A DNA stretch of 64,000 nt from Promethearchaeia archaeon (GCA_029856125.1 JAHQWJ010000152.1:1-64000); one strand, 5' to 3'; shown: positions 1-11,069, counted from the stretch's first letter. The notes: generated from the letters alone by a model not told the origin. Numbers and translations: made by a program.

Positions 1-139
1 TCCTATAATCGAGAGGCTTAGAAAAATGTCACCTTTTAAAAACAATTAAAAAAATAATATATACCCATGCGAAAATTATAAAGTCAAAAGGTTTAAATCT
101 AACTGTAAAAGAAGGGAGAATATTCAAGAGGGATGAATA

Positions 140-319
140 ATGAATCTATTAAGCAATAATATTGCTAAACATAAAATCATCAATTTAGAACTCAAGGATA
201 TATATTTCGGAAATGAGCAAATTGAATTCAAAAATCGCCATCCAATCTTTAAAACACTTATGAAGCTAGAATTTGAAGAAGCTCTTCGAAAATATCATAA
301 ATCAACTCTAATTGAATGA
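140..319 (+). CDS. 59-aa microprotein of the locally repeated 'IPF/YxGxExIxF' family (not in ORF track)
   Basis: ATG 140 to TGA 319 reads MNLLSNN...DIYFGNEQIEFKNRHPIFKTLMKLEF, which aligns with ORFs at 791, 3110, 29708 and 30161. Confidence 0.7.
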   Translation: MNLLSNNIAKHKIINLELKDIYFGNEQIEFKNRHPIFKTLMKLEFEEALRKYHKSTLIE

Positions 320-398
320 ATAAAGAAAAGAGTTTTAATGTTCTTATGAACATAAGATTTAAATAGATGAAAATTACTGATCATTTTGAAACTATATT

Positions 399-638
399 TT
401 GGGTAATAGATTAATCATGTCAGAAGAAAAAAATAAATCATCAAACTTCCCTAGAATAACAATAAGTTTAGAGTATTTTGAAAAGACAATTATTAAACTG
501 ATGGCGGAAAAAATGGATAGATCTCAATCTGAAATTTTACGAAATATAATAAAAGATTGGATAATAACTAACCAAGATATTTTAGAGGTTAAATATGGGA
601 TAATATTAGACGATGTATTAAGAGAAAATCAAATTTGA
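399..638 (+). CDS. ribbon-helix-helix (CopG/MetJ-like) DNA-binding protein
   Basis: PRITISL beta strand, then helix and SQSEILRNII helix; true start probably ATG 417. Confidence 0.65.
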   Translation: MGNRLIMSEEKNKSSNFPRITISLEYFEKTIIKLMAEKMDRSQSEILRNIIKDWIITNQDILEVKYGIILDDVLRENQI

Positions 639-790
639 AACAAAGTAAGGAAGATAGACCTAATACAAATTATATTTATGATATTTGAATAATATTAACA
701 TTATTTAATACTAATCTACAAATCTATCGTAATTATCGTATAACGACGTCTAAAAAATAAATGATATGAAAATAGTAAAGAGAATTTCTT

Positions 791-1006
791 ATGGCCATTG
801 AGAAAGTTAGAGAAGCTGTTCGACTACGGTTAGAAGAATTATACGAAGTAGAATCAGAATATCAACAAGTTCTATCTCAAATTGTAATTCCATTTTCAGA
901 AATATTTAAAAAACCAAGTTCTACCAAATTTAGTTCTAAAAATAATGGTATCCCTTTTAGTAAATGGGATAAGAAATTTAAACAAATTCTGTTAAAGGAA
1001 TTGTAA
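791..1006 (+). CDS. microprotein, IPF family
   Basis: QIVIPFSE...GIPFSKWDKKFKQILLKEL. Confidence 0.7.
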   Translation: MAIEKVREAVRLRLEELYEVESEYQQVLSQIVIPFSEIFKKPSSTKFSSKNNGIPFSKWDKKFKQILLKEL

Positions 1007-1117
1007 TATTTACGAACAGAGCGATTTCGCTGCTACATTTAAATTCTTTTTTAGTAAATCTAAAAACTTAAAAATTCATTCTTTACATATTACTTAATAT
1101 TGACTAAATAATTTGAG

Positions 1118-1495
1118 GTGAATCTTATGGGAGAAGAAGAAGAAGAAGATGATGGGTTCGCATTAGATCCGGAACAATTAGATGTGTTCTACGAGGTGCT
1201 TTTTAAAAGAATTATGGATGTAATGGATAATCCTAATGTTAATGTTAATCCTTTTGAGGATATGGTAAAGATTTTAAGCCGGTTAAGCGAAATATTTAGT
1301 TTTAAAAGCATGATAACTATCATTCCTGAATTAATAGGTTATGCAATAAAGTACGGTATGATGGTAGAAAAATCTTACGATGAAATAGGAGCAAGCTTAG
1401 AAGAAGACGAACAAGGATTTGGTCCAGAAGCAGAAAAAGCTAAGAAGAGATCAGTAATAAAGAAAGATGTAGACAAGCTTAGAATGTTTTTATGA
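1118..1495 (+). CDS. acidic hypothetical protein
   Basis: 125-aa ORF, SD-like GAGGTGA near the start, oligo-T after the stop. Confidence 0.7.
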   Translation: MNLMGEEEEEDDGFALDPEQLDVFYEVLFKRIMDVMDNPNVNVNPFEDMVKILSRLSEIFSFKSMITIIPELIGYAIKYGMMVEKSYDEIGASLEEDEQGFGPEAEKAKKRSVIKKDVDKLRMFL

Positions 1496-1670
1496 TTCTT
1501 TTTTTTAATTTATAATTTTTTGATTTGAAGCAATTGAAATATTTAAAGTATTTCGTCGATAGAAGTAAATTAAAAATTCATAAATAACATAGAATTTAAA
1601 ATTCCTAAAAGAATATTAAAACTTAGTAAAATTTTAAAAGACATTTAATTATTAATAATCTAAGAAATCA

Positions 1671-2573
1671 GTGATAAATACCATGAATGAATTAAAAAAC
1701 GAAGGCATTCCTTTTTACATAGTTGATGTATTTGCAGAAGAAAAATATTCTGGCAACCAACTCGCAGTTGTAATAAGTAGAAATAAGCTTAACGACGAAG
1801 AGATGCAACTTATCGCAAAAGAAATGAATTATAGTGAAACTACTTTTATTACTTCTGTCGAGAATTACGATGTCAGAATTTTCACTCCTGAAGTAGAACT
1901 ACCATTTGCGGGACATCCTACAATAGGTACAGCTTACGTCATACAGCAAGAATTCATGAAAGAGAAAGCTAAAACCATGTCTTTAAACTTAAAAATTGGA
2001 CCCATTGCAATTTTATTCAAATATAAAGGTGAAGTTCTTTCAGAAACATGGATGGAGCATAATGAACCGGCATTCAGTGGATTTTTTGCGCCTGACCTGG
2101 TGGCAGAGGTCTTAGGTATAGACGAAAGTAATATCGACGGCAGATTTAAAATTCAAGAGGTTTACACTGGTAGTCATACGCTCATTGTCCCTCTAAAGTC
2201 CTTAGATGCCATAAGAAAAGTGCGTATAAATAAGGAAAAATATAACCATCTTATTCAAAATACACAAGCAAAAAGCATCTTAGTCTTTTGTCCTGAAACC
2301 TACGACAAAAGAAACGATTTAAATGTACGATTTTTCGCTGATTACTATGGGGTTCCGGAAGACCCAGCTACAGGTTCTGCAAATGGTTGTTTAGCGGCTT
2401 ACCTAGTTAAGTATGGTTATTTTGGTAAAAATAAAATCGATATTCGAGTTGAACAAGGTTATGAAATTGGTCGAAAATCTCTACTCCTCTTGAAAGCTGA
2501 AGAAAAATCTGGAAAATTCTATATCACAGTTGGCGGCAAGGTTATATTAATCGCTAAAGGAAACTTACTTTAG
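1671..2573 (+). CDS. PhzF family isomerase
   Basis: VDVF..GNQLAV, SETTF, RIFTPEVELPFAGHPTIG, EDPATGSANG. Confidence 0.92.
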   Translation: MINTMNELKNEGIPFYIVDVFAEEKYSGNQLAVVISRNKLNDEEMQLIAKEMNYSETTFITSVENYDVRIFTPEVELPFAGHPTIGTAYVIQQEFMKEKAKTMSLNLKIGPIAILFKYKGEVLSETWMEHNEPAFSGFFAPDLVAEVLGIDESNIDGRFKIQEVYTGSHTLIVPLKSLDAIRKVRINKEKYNHLIQNTQAKSILVFCPETYDKRNDLNVRFFADYYGVPEDPATGSANGCLAAYLVKYGYFGKNKIDIRVEQGYEIGRKSLLLLKAEEKSGKFYITVGGKVILIAKGNLL

Positions 2574-2656
2574 CATTATAGTATACAACGCCCGACAAGT
2601 CAATTGACCAAAAAATTGAATAATTCTATTTCTTTAAATATTTTAGTTTAAAATTA

Positions 2657-3022
2657 TTGTTAAATCGTTGTATTGATTTAACATTGGAAATAAAGATTTT
2701 AGATAATTGGAGAAAGGATCACCAAATAATTTTCGAGAAAATCATTACCTTCGCAAATTTACCAGATAATAGAGATAACCAGAAAATAAAATTCTCACTG
2801 TTAACTGAACTATTCTTAAATCTTTGTACTAATAAAAACAATAAAGGCAATTTTAGAAACTTCTCAAGCTTAATTTTACTCCTTCTCAACTTATACAAAA
2901 AGAATTATCCTGTTGATATTTTCTCCAAACAAAAGAGCAGAAATCCTAAAGCTAAGGGAGGAATTTCAGAATTCAAAAGCATTTTAAAACAAGACCTGCG
3001 AAACAGCAAGCCTATACTTTAA
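2657..3022 (+). CDS. hypothetical protein
   Basis: 121-aa ORF only. Confidence 0.5.
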   Translation: MLNRCIDLTLEIKILDNWRKDHQIIFEKIITFANLPDNRDNQKIKFSLLTELFLNLCTNKNNKGNFRNFSSLILLLLNLYKKNYPVDIFSKQKSRNPKAKGGISEFKSILKQDLRNSKPIL

Positions 3023-3109
3023 TCAACAATGCACCACAGGACCATCAAATCACTAATTTAGCTGAGTCTATTTTGTTATAATTTAATAGCGATGTCATGA
3101 AATTATAAA

Positions 3110-3310
3110 ATGAGTTCTAAAGCATCTGGTAGGAAATTTCATAATAACTTCTTCATGCTTGAATTAGAATTATCTGAGACCATTGTTTCTTTTAAAAAAT
3201 TACTTGGTTATATTGGAGCAGAAGAAATTTATTCTGGAAAAGAAGAAATACCTTTTCGAGAAAAATTTATTGAATTTCAGAAGATAATGTTAAGTGAATT
3301 CATAAGTTAG
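3110..3310 (+). CDS. microprotein, IPF family
   Basis: EIYSGKEEIPFREKFIEFQKIMLSEF. Confidence 0.65.
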   Translation: MSSKASGRKFHNNFFMLELELSETIVSFKKLLGYIGAEEIYSGKEEIPFREKFIEFQKIMLSEFIS

Positions 3311-3390
3311 AATTTTTTTTGCTAATAATTTTTGAAAGAAAAAAAAAGTTAGAAGTTTTCAAATTCTTTGAAAAACAACCTAACTTAAAT

Positions 3391-4767
3391 TTACAAATTT
3401 AATTCTATGATTTTTTTCTGATTTTCTGCCACTTTGTCAGGAGTTAAATGGTACCATCTCCAAAATACGAATGTGCCAATCAATATGCAGATCATCGGTA
3501 CTACAGCTAAGTGGATATGTACTCCAAATTTCGCAGAAGCACTATATGGATCTGCAGCCAAACCAGTAAAAATGTGGGTTAAAGCAAAGCTTGTTGCTTG
3601 AAAAAAGATCGCTAACCGGCCAAAAAATTGTTGAAATCCAGCAAATACTCCTTCCTGCCGCCGTTTATGCGTAACAACAGATTCATCTACAACATCAGCT
3701 AAGATAGGAGCAATCATAGCCCAATACCCTCCAATTGATAACCCCCATACTACCATTGCGATAGTTATAGCTATAAGGTCTTCGAGAAAAATCAAAGGGA
3801 TTGTAAAAATACCCATTAGTAACCCACAAAGCACCATAACTTTTTTATTATTATTTGTTTTGTGAGCATACTTGACCCAAATTGGCGTTGAAACTAAGGC
3901 TCCTATGAGAAATCCCGCAAAAATTAGAATAGACGCTGTTGCAGCCATTTCTAATAAAGTATCAACAACAAATGGAACGGATGCAGTCATTGATTGCACT
4001 AAAGTACGATAGAGAGTATAGGATACAATAAAAGCAACAAAACTTTTTTGCTTCAAAGCAGAGCCTAAAGATTTAAAAAATGAAGGCCCCTTTTCTCTCG
4101 TGTCATATGTTTCCAAATATCTATCAACAGCGTCCTGATCGTCTCTTACGCCGGGTATTGCTAATCCTAAAGCAATTAGGCCAACGATAATAACAATTCC
4201 TGATTGAGCTACATATGTAGAAGGGATTCCAAATTCAACGACAATCGGAGGTAGTATAGCTCCGAGGGCTACACCTACAAGACCAACCGGAATTTGTAAC
4301 CCGGTGGCAGTTCTACGTTCTTTAACCGAACGGAACTTATCAGGGAATAGCGATGAGAAGTTAACCCAGAAAACCGAAGCAAACGTGTCGTATAAACAGG
4401 TAGCAAAAACTAACCAGCCAAAGAGTAACCATTGATCTAAAGAGGGTGGAGTAAATATAAACAAATAACTTACAATAAATGGAACGCCTCCTATTAAAAT
4501 CCAAGGAAATCTTCTTCCCCATTTTTTAGTAAACTTAAAGGGTTTATTTGTTAAATATCCTACAAGTGGGTCGTTAATCGCGTTGTAAATCGCATAGATG
4601 AAGAATCCAACCATAACGAGTATTACATTTAAACCAAGTTCCCTCTCGTAGAAATAAAAGGCGTATGTACCAAAAGCCATTGCAACAAATTCGTTCATAA
4701 AGTTTCCGAATCCGTACGAAGCCATGTTTTTCTTTGAGTGTCTTATTTCACCAATTTCATTTGACAT
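3391..4767 (-). CDS. MFS transporter, GPH (glycoside-pentoside-hexuronide) family
   Basis: About 12 TM segments; NAINDPLVG, WGRRFPWI, ADVVDE, R.EGVF motifs. Confidence 0.9.
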   Translation of the reverse strand: MSNEIGEIRHSKKNMASYGFGNFMNEFVAMAFGTYAFYFYERELGLNVILVMVGFFIYAIYNAINDPLVGYLTNKPFKFTKKWGRRFPWILIGGVPFIVSYLFIFTPPSLDQWLLFGWLVFATCLYDTFASVFWVNFSSLFPDKFRSVKERRTATGLQIPVGLVGVALGAILPPIVVEFGIPSTYVAQSGIVIIVGLIALGLAIPGVRDDQDAVDRYLETYDTREKGPSFFKSLGSALKQKSFVAFIVSYTLYRTLVQSMTASVPFVVDTLLEMAATASILIFAGFLIGALVSTPIWVKYAHKTNNNKKVMVLCGLLMGIFTIPLIFLEDLIAITIAMVVWGLSIGGYWAMIAPILADVVDESVVTHKRRQEGVFAGFQQFFGRLAIFFQATSFALTHIFTGLAADPYSASAKFGVHIHLAVVPMICILIGTFVFWRWYHLTPDKVAENQKKIIELNL

Positions 4768-4925
4768 AATTTATCATTTTAGTTTAAATTTATTTTGTTA
4801 ATTTTATTATTTGGTAAAGTTATTTTTAAAGCTATAGTTTTTAGAAGAAGAAATTATACTATGAGCGATAAATGCGTAAAAATAAAAAAAAGTAGAAAAA
4901 AATAATAAACACTTTAATTTACATT

Positions 4926-5318
4926 CTATTTTGCCATTTCCTGGTCGTAATAAAACCAAGTAAACGCTACGAAGAAAAATATAAAGATTGCTGTTTGTAA
5001 CCAGATAATAATCGGAACTGGAAACATAAATATCGCGAAAATATGAACACCTGTACCTAATGCGAGCCATGTTATTTCCATTTGAACTATAATTTTAACA
5101 TGGTGCCATTTGGTTTCCCTCCATGCTAATAAAGAAGCTACCGCTAGTCCTAAAAATACCGAGCCCAATACACGCCCAGTTACTGGGTCTAAATAAGGCC
5201 AACCTGTTATACTTACATAATATTCGACAACGACTAAAAAAGCTAACCCAAAAATTACTGCTACGAAAAAATGCACTAAAAATAGAATTTTTAATAGTTT
5301 TGAAATTTCTTCTTTCAT
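4926..5318 (-). CDS. 4-TM membrane protein, paralogue of 43954..44364
   Basis: Hydrophobic segments; shared pattern YLDPVTGRVLG / YFSPICWRQLG, then W..(V/I)(K/R)I. Confidence 0.75.
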   Translation of the reverse strand: MKEEISKLLKILFLVHFFVAVIFGLAFLVVVEYYVSITGWPYLDPVTGRVLGSVFLGLAVASLLAWRETKWHHVKIIVQMEITWLALGTGVHIFAIFMFPVPIIIWLQTAIFIFFFVAFTWFYYDQEMAK

Positions 5319-5461
5319 AAGTTTTAATCCCTCATTATTATAATTAATAGTATATTCAATTTAGATTTTTATTTTTAGAATTTCATTAAAGTAAGCTATT
5401 TGTTTTTGTTTATAAATCTTTCTCGATCAAGAACTCGATTAACTATAGGCAATAAACAGAG

Positions 5462-6250
5462 TTACTTATAGTTTTGAACGAATTCTGATAATGGTAAAAA
5501 ATATTCTTGGTTAAACGAGAGTATATTGTTGTGCCCAGCTTTTTCAATTAAAATTATTTTTTTCTCAATACTATTGGGTAAATTTTGATATAATAATTGC
5601 GATTCAGAATAAGGAATAATCCCGTCTGTTGTTCCGTGAATTAGCAGCGTCGGAACATTAAATTTTTTTACTCTAGTGTCGTTCGAGTATTCCTTTACCG
5701 AATCTGGTGTTAAGTTAGGGCTACGAACTCCAAATACTTCAGTCATCAGGTTAAAGAGGCTAGCAAAACCACTCTCAAATATAACGCCTCTTAACTTGGG
5801 TGGGTTATATGCCCCAATTTCTGCCGCACAAACGCTTCCAAGAGATCTCCCTTGAACGAAGAGAGAATCGAGATAATTCATTTTATCTAGCCATTGCCTA
5901 AAAGCGTCGTAAATAGGCATCGCATCGGATATCAAACTCGTATAGTAGGGTTCGCCTGAGCTAAATCCATACCCTCGAAAATCAACAACAGCGAGATTTA
6001 CATTACATTCCCAAAATAAAGGAGATATATATTGATAGTCAGAAGCAATTTCTCCATTCCCATGAAACAATAGAATTGTAGGATTTTCTGTCTTGGCACC
6101 AAAAAAAAACCCCCCTATCGAGATATCGTCATGGATATCAAATCTGAGGACTTTAATATTTGATTCTAGCTTTTCAGGTATTTTCGTTTTTCGCGGATAA
6201 AAAACCACATTTGAAATCGTAGGATTGTCAATTATTATATTTTTTTTCAT
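5462..6250 (-). CDS. alpha/beta hydrolase (ABHD13/17-like)
   Basis: FHGNGE, DFRGYG, GRSLG nucleophile elbow, HGTTD, AGHN. Confidence 0.9.
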   Translation of the reverse strand: MKKNIIIDNPTISNVVFYPRKTKIPEKLESNIKVLRFDIHDDISIGGFFFGAKTENPTILLFHGNGEIASDYQYISPLFWECNVNLAVVDFRGYGFSSGEPYYTSLISDAMPIYDAFRQWLDKMNYLDSLFVQGRSLGSVCAAEIGAYNPPKLRGVIFESGFASLFNLMTEVFGVRSPNLTPDSVKEYSNDTRVKKFNVPTLLIHGTTDGIIPYSESQLLYQNLPNSIEKKIILIEKAGHNNILSFNQEYFLPLSEFVQNYK

Positions 6251-6514
6251 AATTAGTTAAATATTTCGTTATCTTATTAAACTCTTTTTTCACCTTTTTG
6301 AGATTTTTGATAAATTAGCCTTTTAAGCAATAAAAAGACTTATTTAAGAGGTTTATTATTAATAAATCATATTTTATTAATCATATTAGATTTTAAGTAG
6401 GCGATGTGAACAATAATTTTCTTTGAAAGATATGAAATCCTCTTTAATAAGTTTAATCGGAGTTACTTAACTTCTATTGGGGTCTTCATCCCTGGATTAA
6501 CTATTTTATTTTCA

Positions 6515-7075
6515 TTGATTTTGTATAATTTAGGTGACTCGTCATTTAGTGTTTTTACGCATTATTTGAGCCATCTAGGAATAGGACCGAATGGATCTAA
6601 CATTGTTTTTAATTTGGGGAGTATCTTATCCGGCGTTGTTATGGTGTTTTTTTTTCTAAACCTAAGCGTATTTCTACTTAAAAAGGAAGTGCCAAGAATT
6701 CTCGTGAATTTATCGTTTATTTCCGGTTTTATATCATCTGTAGGGATTTTTATGATGGGGTTGTTTTCAGGCGATATTTCGCAATATTTACATAACTTTG
6801 GAGCGAGTTTTTTCTTTTTAGGAGGTTTAGCTTATTTAATACTTTATGGAATTTCAGAATGGAATGCTAAAGGTATTTCTAAGCTTCAAGCGCTATCAGG
6901 ATTCATAACAGCTTTTCCTTTTTTGGTGTTCCTCTATTTTACTAATATAAATTTTTTTAATCATGAATTAGCATTGCAAATTTCTCATTTTTCAGAGTGG
7001 ATTCTTTTTACATTCCTAATGTGTTGGATTATCGGACATGAATTTTCTATGATAAAAGATAGAAGATTAACATAA
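6515..7075 (+). CDS. DUF998-like membrane protein
   Basis: YLSHLG...FN, G.F...H, EW motifs; reading frame is open back to 6410. Confidence 0.7.
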   Translation: MILYNLGDSSFSVFTHYLSHLGIGPNGSNIVFNLGSILSGVVMVFFFLNLSVFLLKKEVPRILVNLSFISGFISSVGIFMMGLFSGDISQYLHNFGASFFFLGGLAYLILYGISEWNAKGISKLQALSGFITAFPFLVFLYFTNINFFNHELALQISHFSEWILFTFLMCWIIGHEFSMIKDRRLT

Positions 7076-7109
7076 AAATCGATTTTTCAAATAATATCTT
7101 GATAGTCGG

Positions 7110-7871
7110 TTAAGCCTTTCCCTGATTTGCAACGGCTTCAGTTGCTTTTTTAACAGCTTCTGAATCGCCTAAGTAATAATGCTGTATAGGTTTTAAATCG
7201 TCGTCAAGTTCATATATTAATGGAATACCGGTTGGAATATTTAACTTCACTATTTCGTCTTCAGAAACATTATCCAAATACTTAACTAGAGCTCTTAAAC
7301 TATTACCGTGAGCGGAGATTAAGATTTTTTTTCCACTCTTAATGGTTGGAGCAATTGTATCGTGCCAATATGGTAAAAAACGCTCAACAGTGTCTTTCAA
7401 GCATTCTGCCAATGGAATATCTTTGGATTCAAGATCCTTATATCTGTTATCATTACCGGGGTATCTTGGATCAGAAGTTTTAAGAGTCGGAGGAGGTGTA
7501 TCATAACTTCTCCGCCAAATTAACACTTGTTCTTCTCCTAGTTCGGCTGCTAACTTAGATTTGTAAAGTCCTTGAAGTGCACCATAATGCCTTTCGTTTA
7601 ACCTCCAAGATCTAAATACGGGTATCCACATTAAATCCATCTTATCTAAAACGATCCATAAGGTTCTAATCCCTCTTTTAAGAACCGAAGTATACGCAAT
7701 ATCAAAAGTAAAGTTATTATCTTTAAGTAAAATTCCCGCTTTTTCAGCTTCGATTACTCCCTTAACTGAAAGATCTACATCCGTCCAGCCAGTAAACCTA
7801 TTTTGCTTGTTCCATTCACTCTCTCCATGGCGTAATAGAACTAATTTTTTCATAATTATCACTCTAATCAA
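7110..7871 (-). CDS. gpmA: 2,3-bisphosphoglycerate-dependent phosphoglycerate mutase
   Basis: [36 protein letters not shown]. Confidence 0.95.
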   Translation of the reverse strand: MIRVIIMKKLVLLRHGESEWNKQNRFTGWTDVDLSVKGVIEAEKAGILLKDNNFTFDIAYTSVLKRGIRTLWIVLDKMDLMWIPVFRSWRLNERHYGALQGLYKSKLAAELGEEQVLIWRRSYDTPPPTLKTSDPRYPGNDNRYKDLESKDIPLAECLKDTVERFLPYWHDTIAPTIKSGKKILISAHGNSLRALVKYLDNVSEDEIVKLNIPTGIPLIYELDDDLKPIQHYYLGDSEAVKKATEAVANQGKA

Positions 7872-7955
7872 TATAAATTTAGATTTTTAAATTAATTTCA
7901 ATTATAATAATTACCAATTTTAATGTAATTTTAATATAGAAGACCATACTTTTAG

Positions 7956-8633
7956 GTGTTATGGAAGATGGATGAAAAAGGTATTTTAAAAGGTGCCAAT
8001 CGTAAAGAAGAGATGTGGAAAAAAATTAAGCTTGGTGAACCGTTTAAGAAGGCTTTAAAGCGGTTTAGAGCGGATGTCATATCTCGGAGTGATTTTGACC
8101 CAACCTCTTTACTACAATTTGGCTTGTTCATGTCCATGGCTGTCATCAATATATTACAAGACGTCGAAAAAAAGTTAGGTGGTAAAGGTCAGAAAGTAGT
8201 CATCGACGCTTTAATCAAAACTGGATATACCATGGGAAAACAAATTCTTGAAGACATACAAATACCCGCTGAAATTTCCGATATAGAGTTAATGAGTTTT
8301 TTAGCAACGATCGTAAATACTCAAGCTTGGACTTCAATTGAGGATCCGCGAATTGACAACGAAGAACAGTGTTCTTTTGATATAATTTGGTGTCCTCTAC
8401 AAGATGTTTACAAAGCTTTTGATTGTAGAGTTCAAAGATATTTAGTTCAAGGAATAATTAATGCTTTTAGGGATTCTGGCGTATTACAACACGAATATCA
8501 AGTCGAATTTAAAACAACCATCCCAGCCGGAGCAGAGACTTGTTTATTCCATATAACAAAGAAGAACCCTAATGAAAAAGACAAATGGGAAGAATATTCA
8601 GAAACTCTCGAAAAGAAAGCTTTAGAAAAATAA
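7956..8633 (+). CDS. V4R / ATC-hydrolase-like ligand-binding protein
   Basis: WCP...DC...TIPAGAETCLF cysteine pattern. Confidence 0.6.
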   Translation: MLWKMDEKGILKGANRKEEMWKKIKLGEPFKKALKRFRADVISRSDFDPTSLLQFGLFMSMAVINILQDVEKKLGGKGQKVVIDALIKTGYTMGKQILEDIQIPAEISDIELMSFLATIVNTQAWTSIEDPRIDNEEQCSFDIIWCPLQDVYKAFDCRVQRYLVQGIINAFRDSGVLQHEYQVEFKTTIPAGAETCLFHITKKNPNEKDKWEEYSETLEKKALEK

Positions 8634-8746
8634 CATGAGATTAAGAATTTAATATCAAACTAGTTCTTTAATTAATTGTCTATACTTAAATATTTATAAA
8701 GAGATATTTAATATACAATCCTTTAGCCCGTAATAAAATTTAAAAA

Positions 8747-9451
8747 ATGAGTCAAAAAAGATTAATAACATCAATTGCATGTCTTTGCTTAATTTTATTG
8801 TCAGTTTTACCTCTTTATGCACTTGGCAGCACAACTTTAGGGGAGTCTAAATTTCCTGTTGAAGAAGAAAGTGAATTTATTTGGAGAACTGTAAATGCGA
8901 CTGAATCGTGGTATATGGATGTTCCACTTGTGAAATTCACCGTTTCAAAAATCTATAACGAGACTTTTAACGAAAAGAATTATCTTTTTTTGAATTATAC
9001 ATTAGAGTTCTATTACAAAATCTCTTGGGTGCCAGAATATACAAATTCTTTTTACATGGCTTACAATAAAACTTTAAATTTTTTAAACTGGTCTTCAGAA
9101 GGATTTTTTAACGGCAATTTATTTGTATTTCCTACTCCAGTTAATTTAACGCTCATAGGTGAAGCGGTGAAAAAAGAAGGGGACCTAAACTATTCTGTGA
9201 TTGGACAAAAAATCGTTTTAGACTACTATGGAAATGGTACCTGCATTGAATTATCGATTAATTCTGCAGGAATATCTACGATTATTGAAAAAATTACAAA
9301 CGGAACGACAATCTACAGGTGGGAATTGAACGAAGACAAAATCATTATATTAATTCCTTTCGGGAGTAACTTTTTAATAATTACAATCATTAGTTTAATT
9401 CCGCTTGTTATCTTTACGAAAAAAAAGATAGCGAACTCGAGAAAGCATTAA
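8747..9451 (+). CDS. secreted glycoprotein with C-terminal membrane anchor
   Basis: Signal peptide, many NxS/T sequons, IPFG-TM-KKK tail. Confidence 0.75.
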   Translation: MSQKRLITSIACLCLILLSVLPLYALGSTTLGESKFPVEEESEFIWRTVNATESWYMDVPLVKFTVSKIYNETFNEKNYLFLNYTLEFYYKISWVPEYTNSFYMAYNKTLNFLNWSSEGFFNGNLFVFPTPVNLTLIGEAVKKEGDLNYSVIGQKIVLDYYGNGTCIELSINSAGISTIIEKITNGTTIYRWELNEDKIIILIPFGSNFLIITIISLIPLVIFTKKKIANSRKH

Positions 9452-9539
9452 CATTTAACGAAAATTTATGTATTGGTTTATTTTTTCTATATCACTAGTT
9501 CAAGTATAATTACATTAAATTAGCAAAAGATGAAAAAGT

Positions 9540-11069
9540 GTGAGTGAAGAATTTTTTTGGTGGAATGACGAACAGAAAGCTATATACAAAGATGTGAGAC
9601 AGTTTGTCGAAGATAACTATGAAGAGGCTGAGGAATACTTCTGGAATACGAAATTTCCGTGGTCACTCGTTAAAAAAGTAGCGAAAAAAGGATATTTTGG
9701 GGCAGGAGTTCCAAAAGAATACGGGGGATTAGAATTAGGCGCTACTGGAAGCTGTATTGTTGCAGCACAACTCGGAAGACTTTACGCTGTAGGACACGTA
9801 TTTACCGTAAGCATGTTAGCTGGATTGGAACAAGTATTGAGGTTTGGAACGGACGAACAAAAAGAGGCGTGGCTTCCTAAAATCGCAAGCGGGGAAGAGT
9901 TAGGCGCTTTATGTATAACTGAACCGTTTGCAGGATCAGACGCCGCAAATGTTTTTACATCTGCGGTTAAAGATGGAGATGAATGGATACTAAATGGTAA
10001 AAAACGATTCATTACGGGAGCAGGGGTTTCTGATAGGTATTTTATTTACGCAAAAACGAGCGATGATAAGGCTCTTCGAAAGCAATATGGCCACATCACT
10101 TCTTTCATGGTGGAAAAAGGTAGACCAGGATTTAGTTTAGAAAAAATAAACCCCCTTATTGGCTTTGATAACGTTCCTAACGGATACATAGATTTCGATC
10201 ACGTTAGAATTCCTGATATCAATCGTATTGGTGCAGTTGGAAAGGGATGGAACGTGATGATGGCAGGCTTAAATTTCGAACGCTTAATTGGAGCAGCAGT
10301 TTTCAGTGGGCAGTTTGAAGATGTAATTAATTTGTTATTTCACTTTACTAAAAGACGGGTTCAGTTCAGAAAAACCACGAATCAATTTCCAGGAGTTCAA
10401 GAAAAAATCGCTGAAATTATAACTAAAGCAAAGGTTTCGAGGTTATTTTCTTATCATTGTGCTAAATTAATAGATGATGGCGGAGAACCAATGGTTGAAG
10501 CATCGATAGCAAAAATGATTAATACGGAATACGCAAGAGACATAGGACTTAAAGCCATCCAAATTTTAGGTGGGGACGGACTTACGAAATTCTTACCTGC
10601 TGAAAGAATTTTACGCGAGGCTAAAATTGGAGAAATTGTAGCCGGGACGACCGAAGTTCAGAAGATGATTATTTACCGATTCTGTGCTATGCTTCCTTCC
10701 TATAATAAACCTATGAGATTAAGATGGAACGATGAAGTTAACGCACCCATTATTTCAAGGAAAGAATCTCAATTCATGGGAATGGATATCACTGAAGAAA
10801 ACGTGTTAAAAGTTATCTCTCACGATTATAAAGTAAATCCCGGCTTGTATATGACTCCAGACGATGTACGCGAGGATATTGGAGGAGGTAGATCTGAGTT
10901 GCGAAAAATTTTTGAACAATTAGAACAACAAGGATTAATCGTTATTCATCGCGATCGCTCAGGAAAAACTGCCTTAGTTAAAGCTACTTACGAGGGATTA
11001 CAAAAAGCATTTCCAAAAGAATACTACCAGTGGTTTCCAGCATGGTATGAAAACGCTGATAAGTTTTAA
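9540..11069 (+). CDS. acyl-CoA dehydrogenase with C-terminal winged-helix-like extension
   Basis: CITEPFAGSD, LNGKKRFIT, RVQF, QILGGDG, GTTEVQK; about 125 extra residues. Confidence 0.9.
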   Translation: MSEEFFWWNDEQKAIYKDVRQFVEDNYEEAEEYFWNTKFPWSLVKKVAKKGYFGAGVPKEYGGLELGATGSCIVAAQLGRLYAVGHVFTVSMLAGLEQVLRFGTDEQKEAWLPKIASGEELGALCITEPFAGSDAANVFTSAVKDGDEWILNGKKRFITGAGVSDRYFIYAKTSDDKALRKQYGHITSFMVEKGRPGFSLEKINPLIGFDNVPNGYIDFDHVRIPDINRIGAVGKGWNVMMAGLNFERLIGAAVFSGQFEDVINLLFHFTKRRVQFRKTTNQFPGVQEKIAEIITKAKVSRLFSYHCAKLIDDGGEPMVEASIAKMINTEYARDIGLKAIQILGGDGLTKFLPAERILREAKIGEIVAGTTEVQKMIIYRFCAMLPSYNKPMRLRWNDEVNAPIISRKESQFMGMDITEENVLKVISHDYKVNPGLYMTPDDVREDIGGGRSELRKIFEQLEQQGLIVIHRDRSGKTALVKATYEGLQKAFPKEYYQWFPAWYENADKF

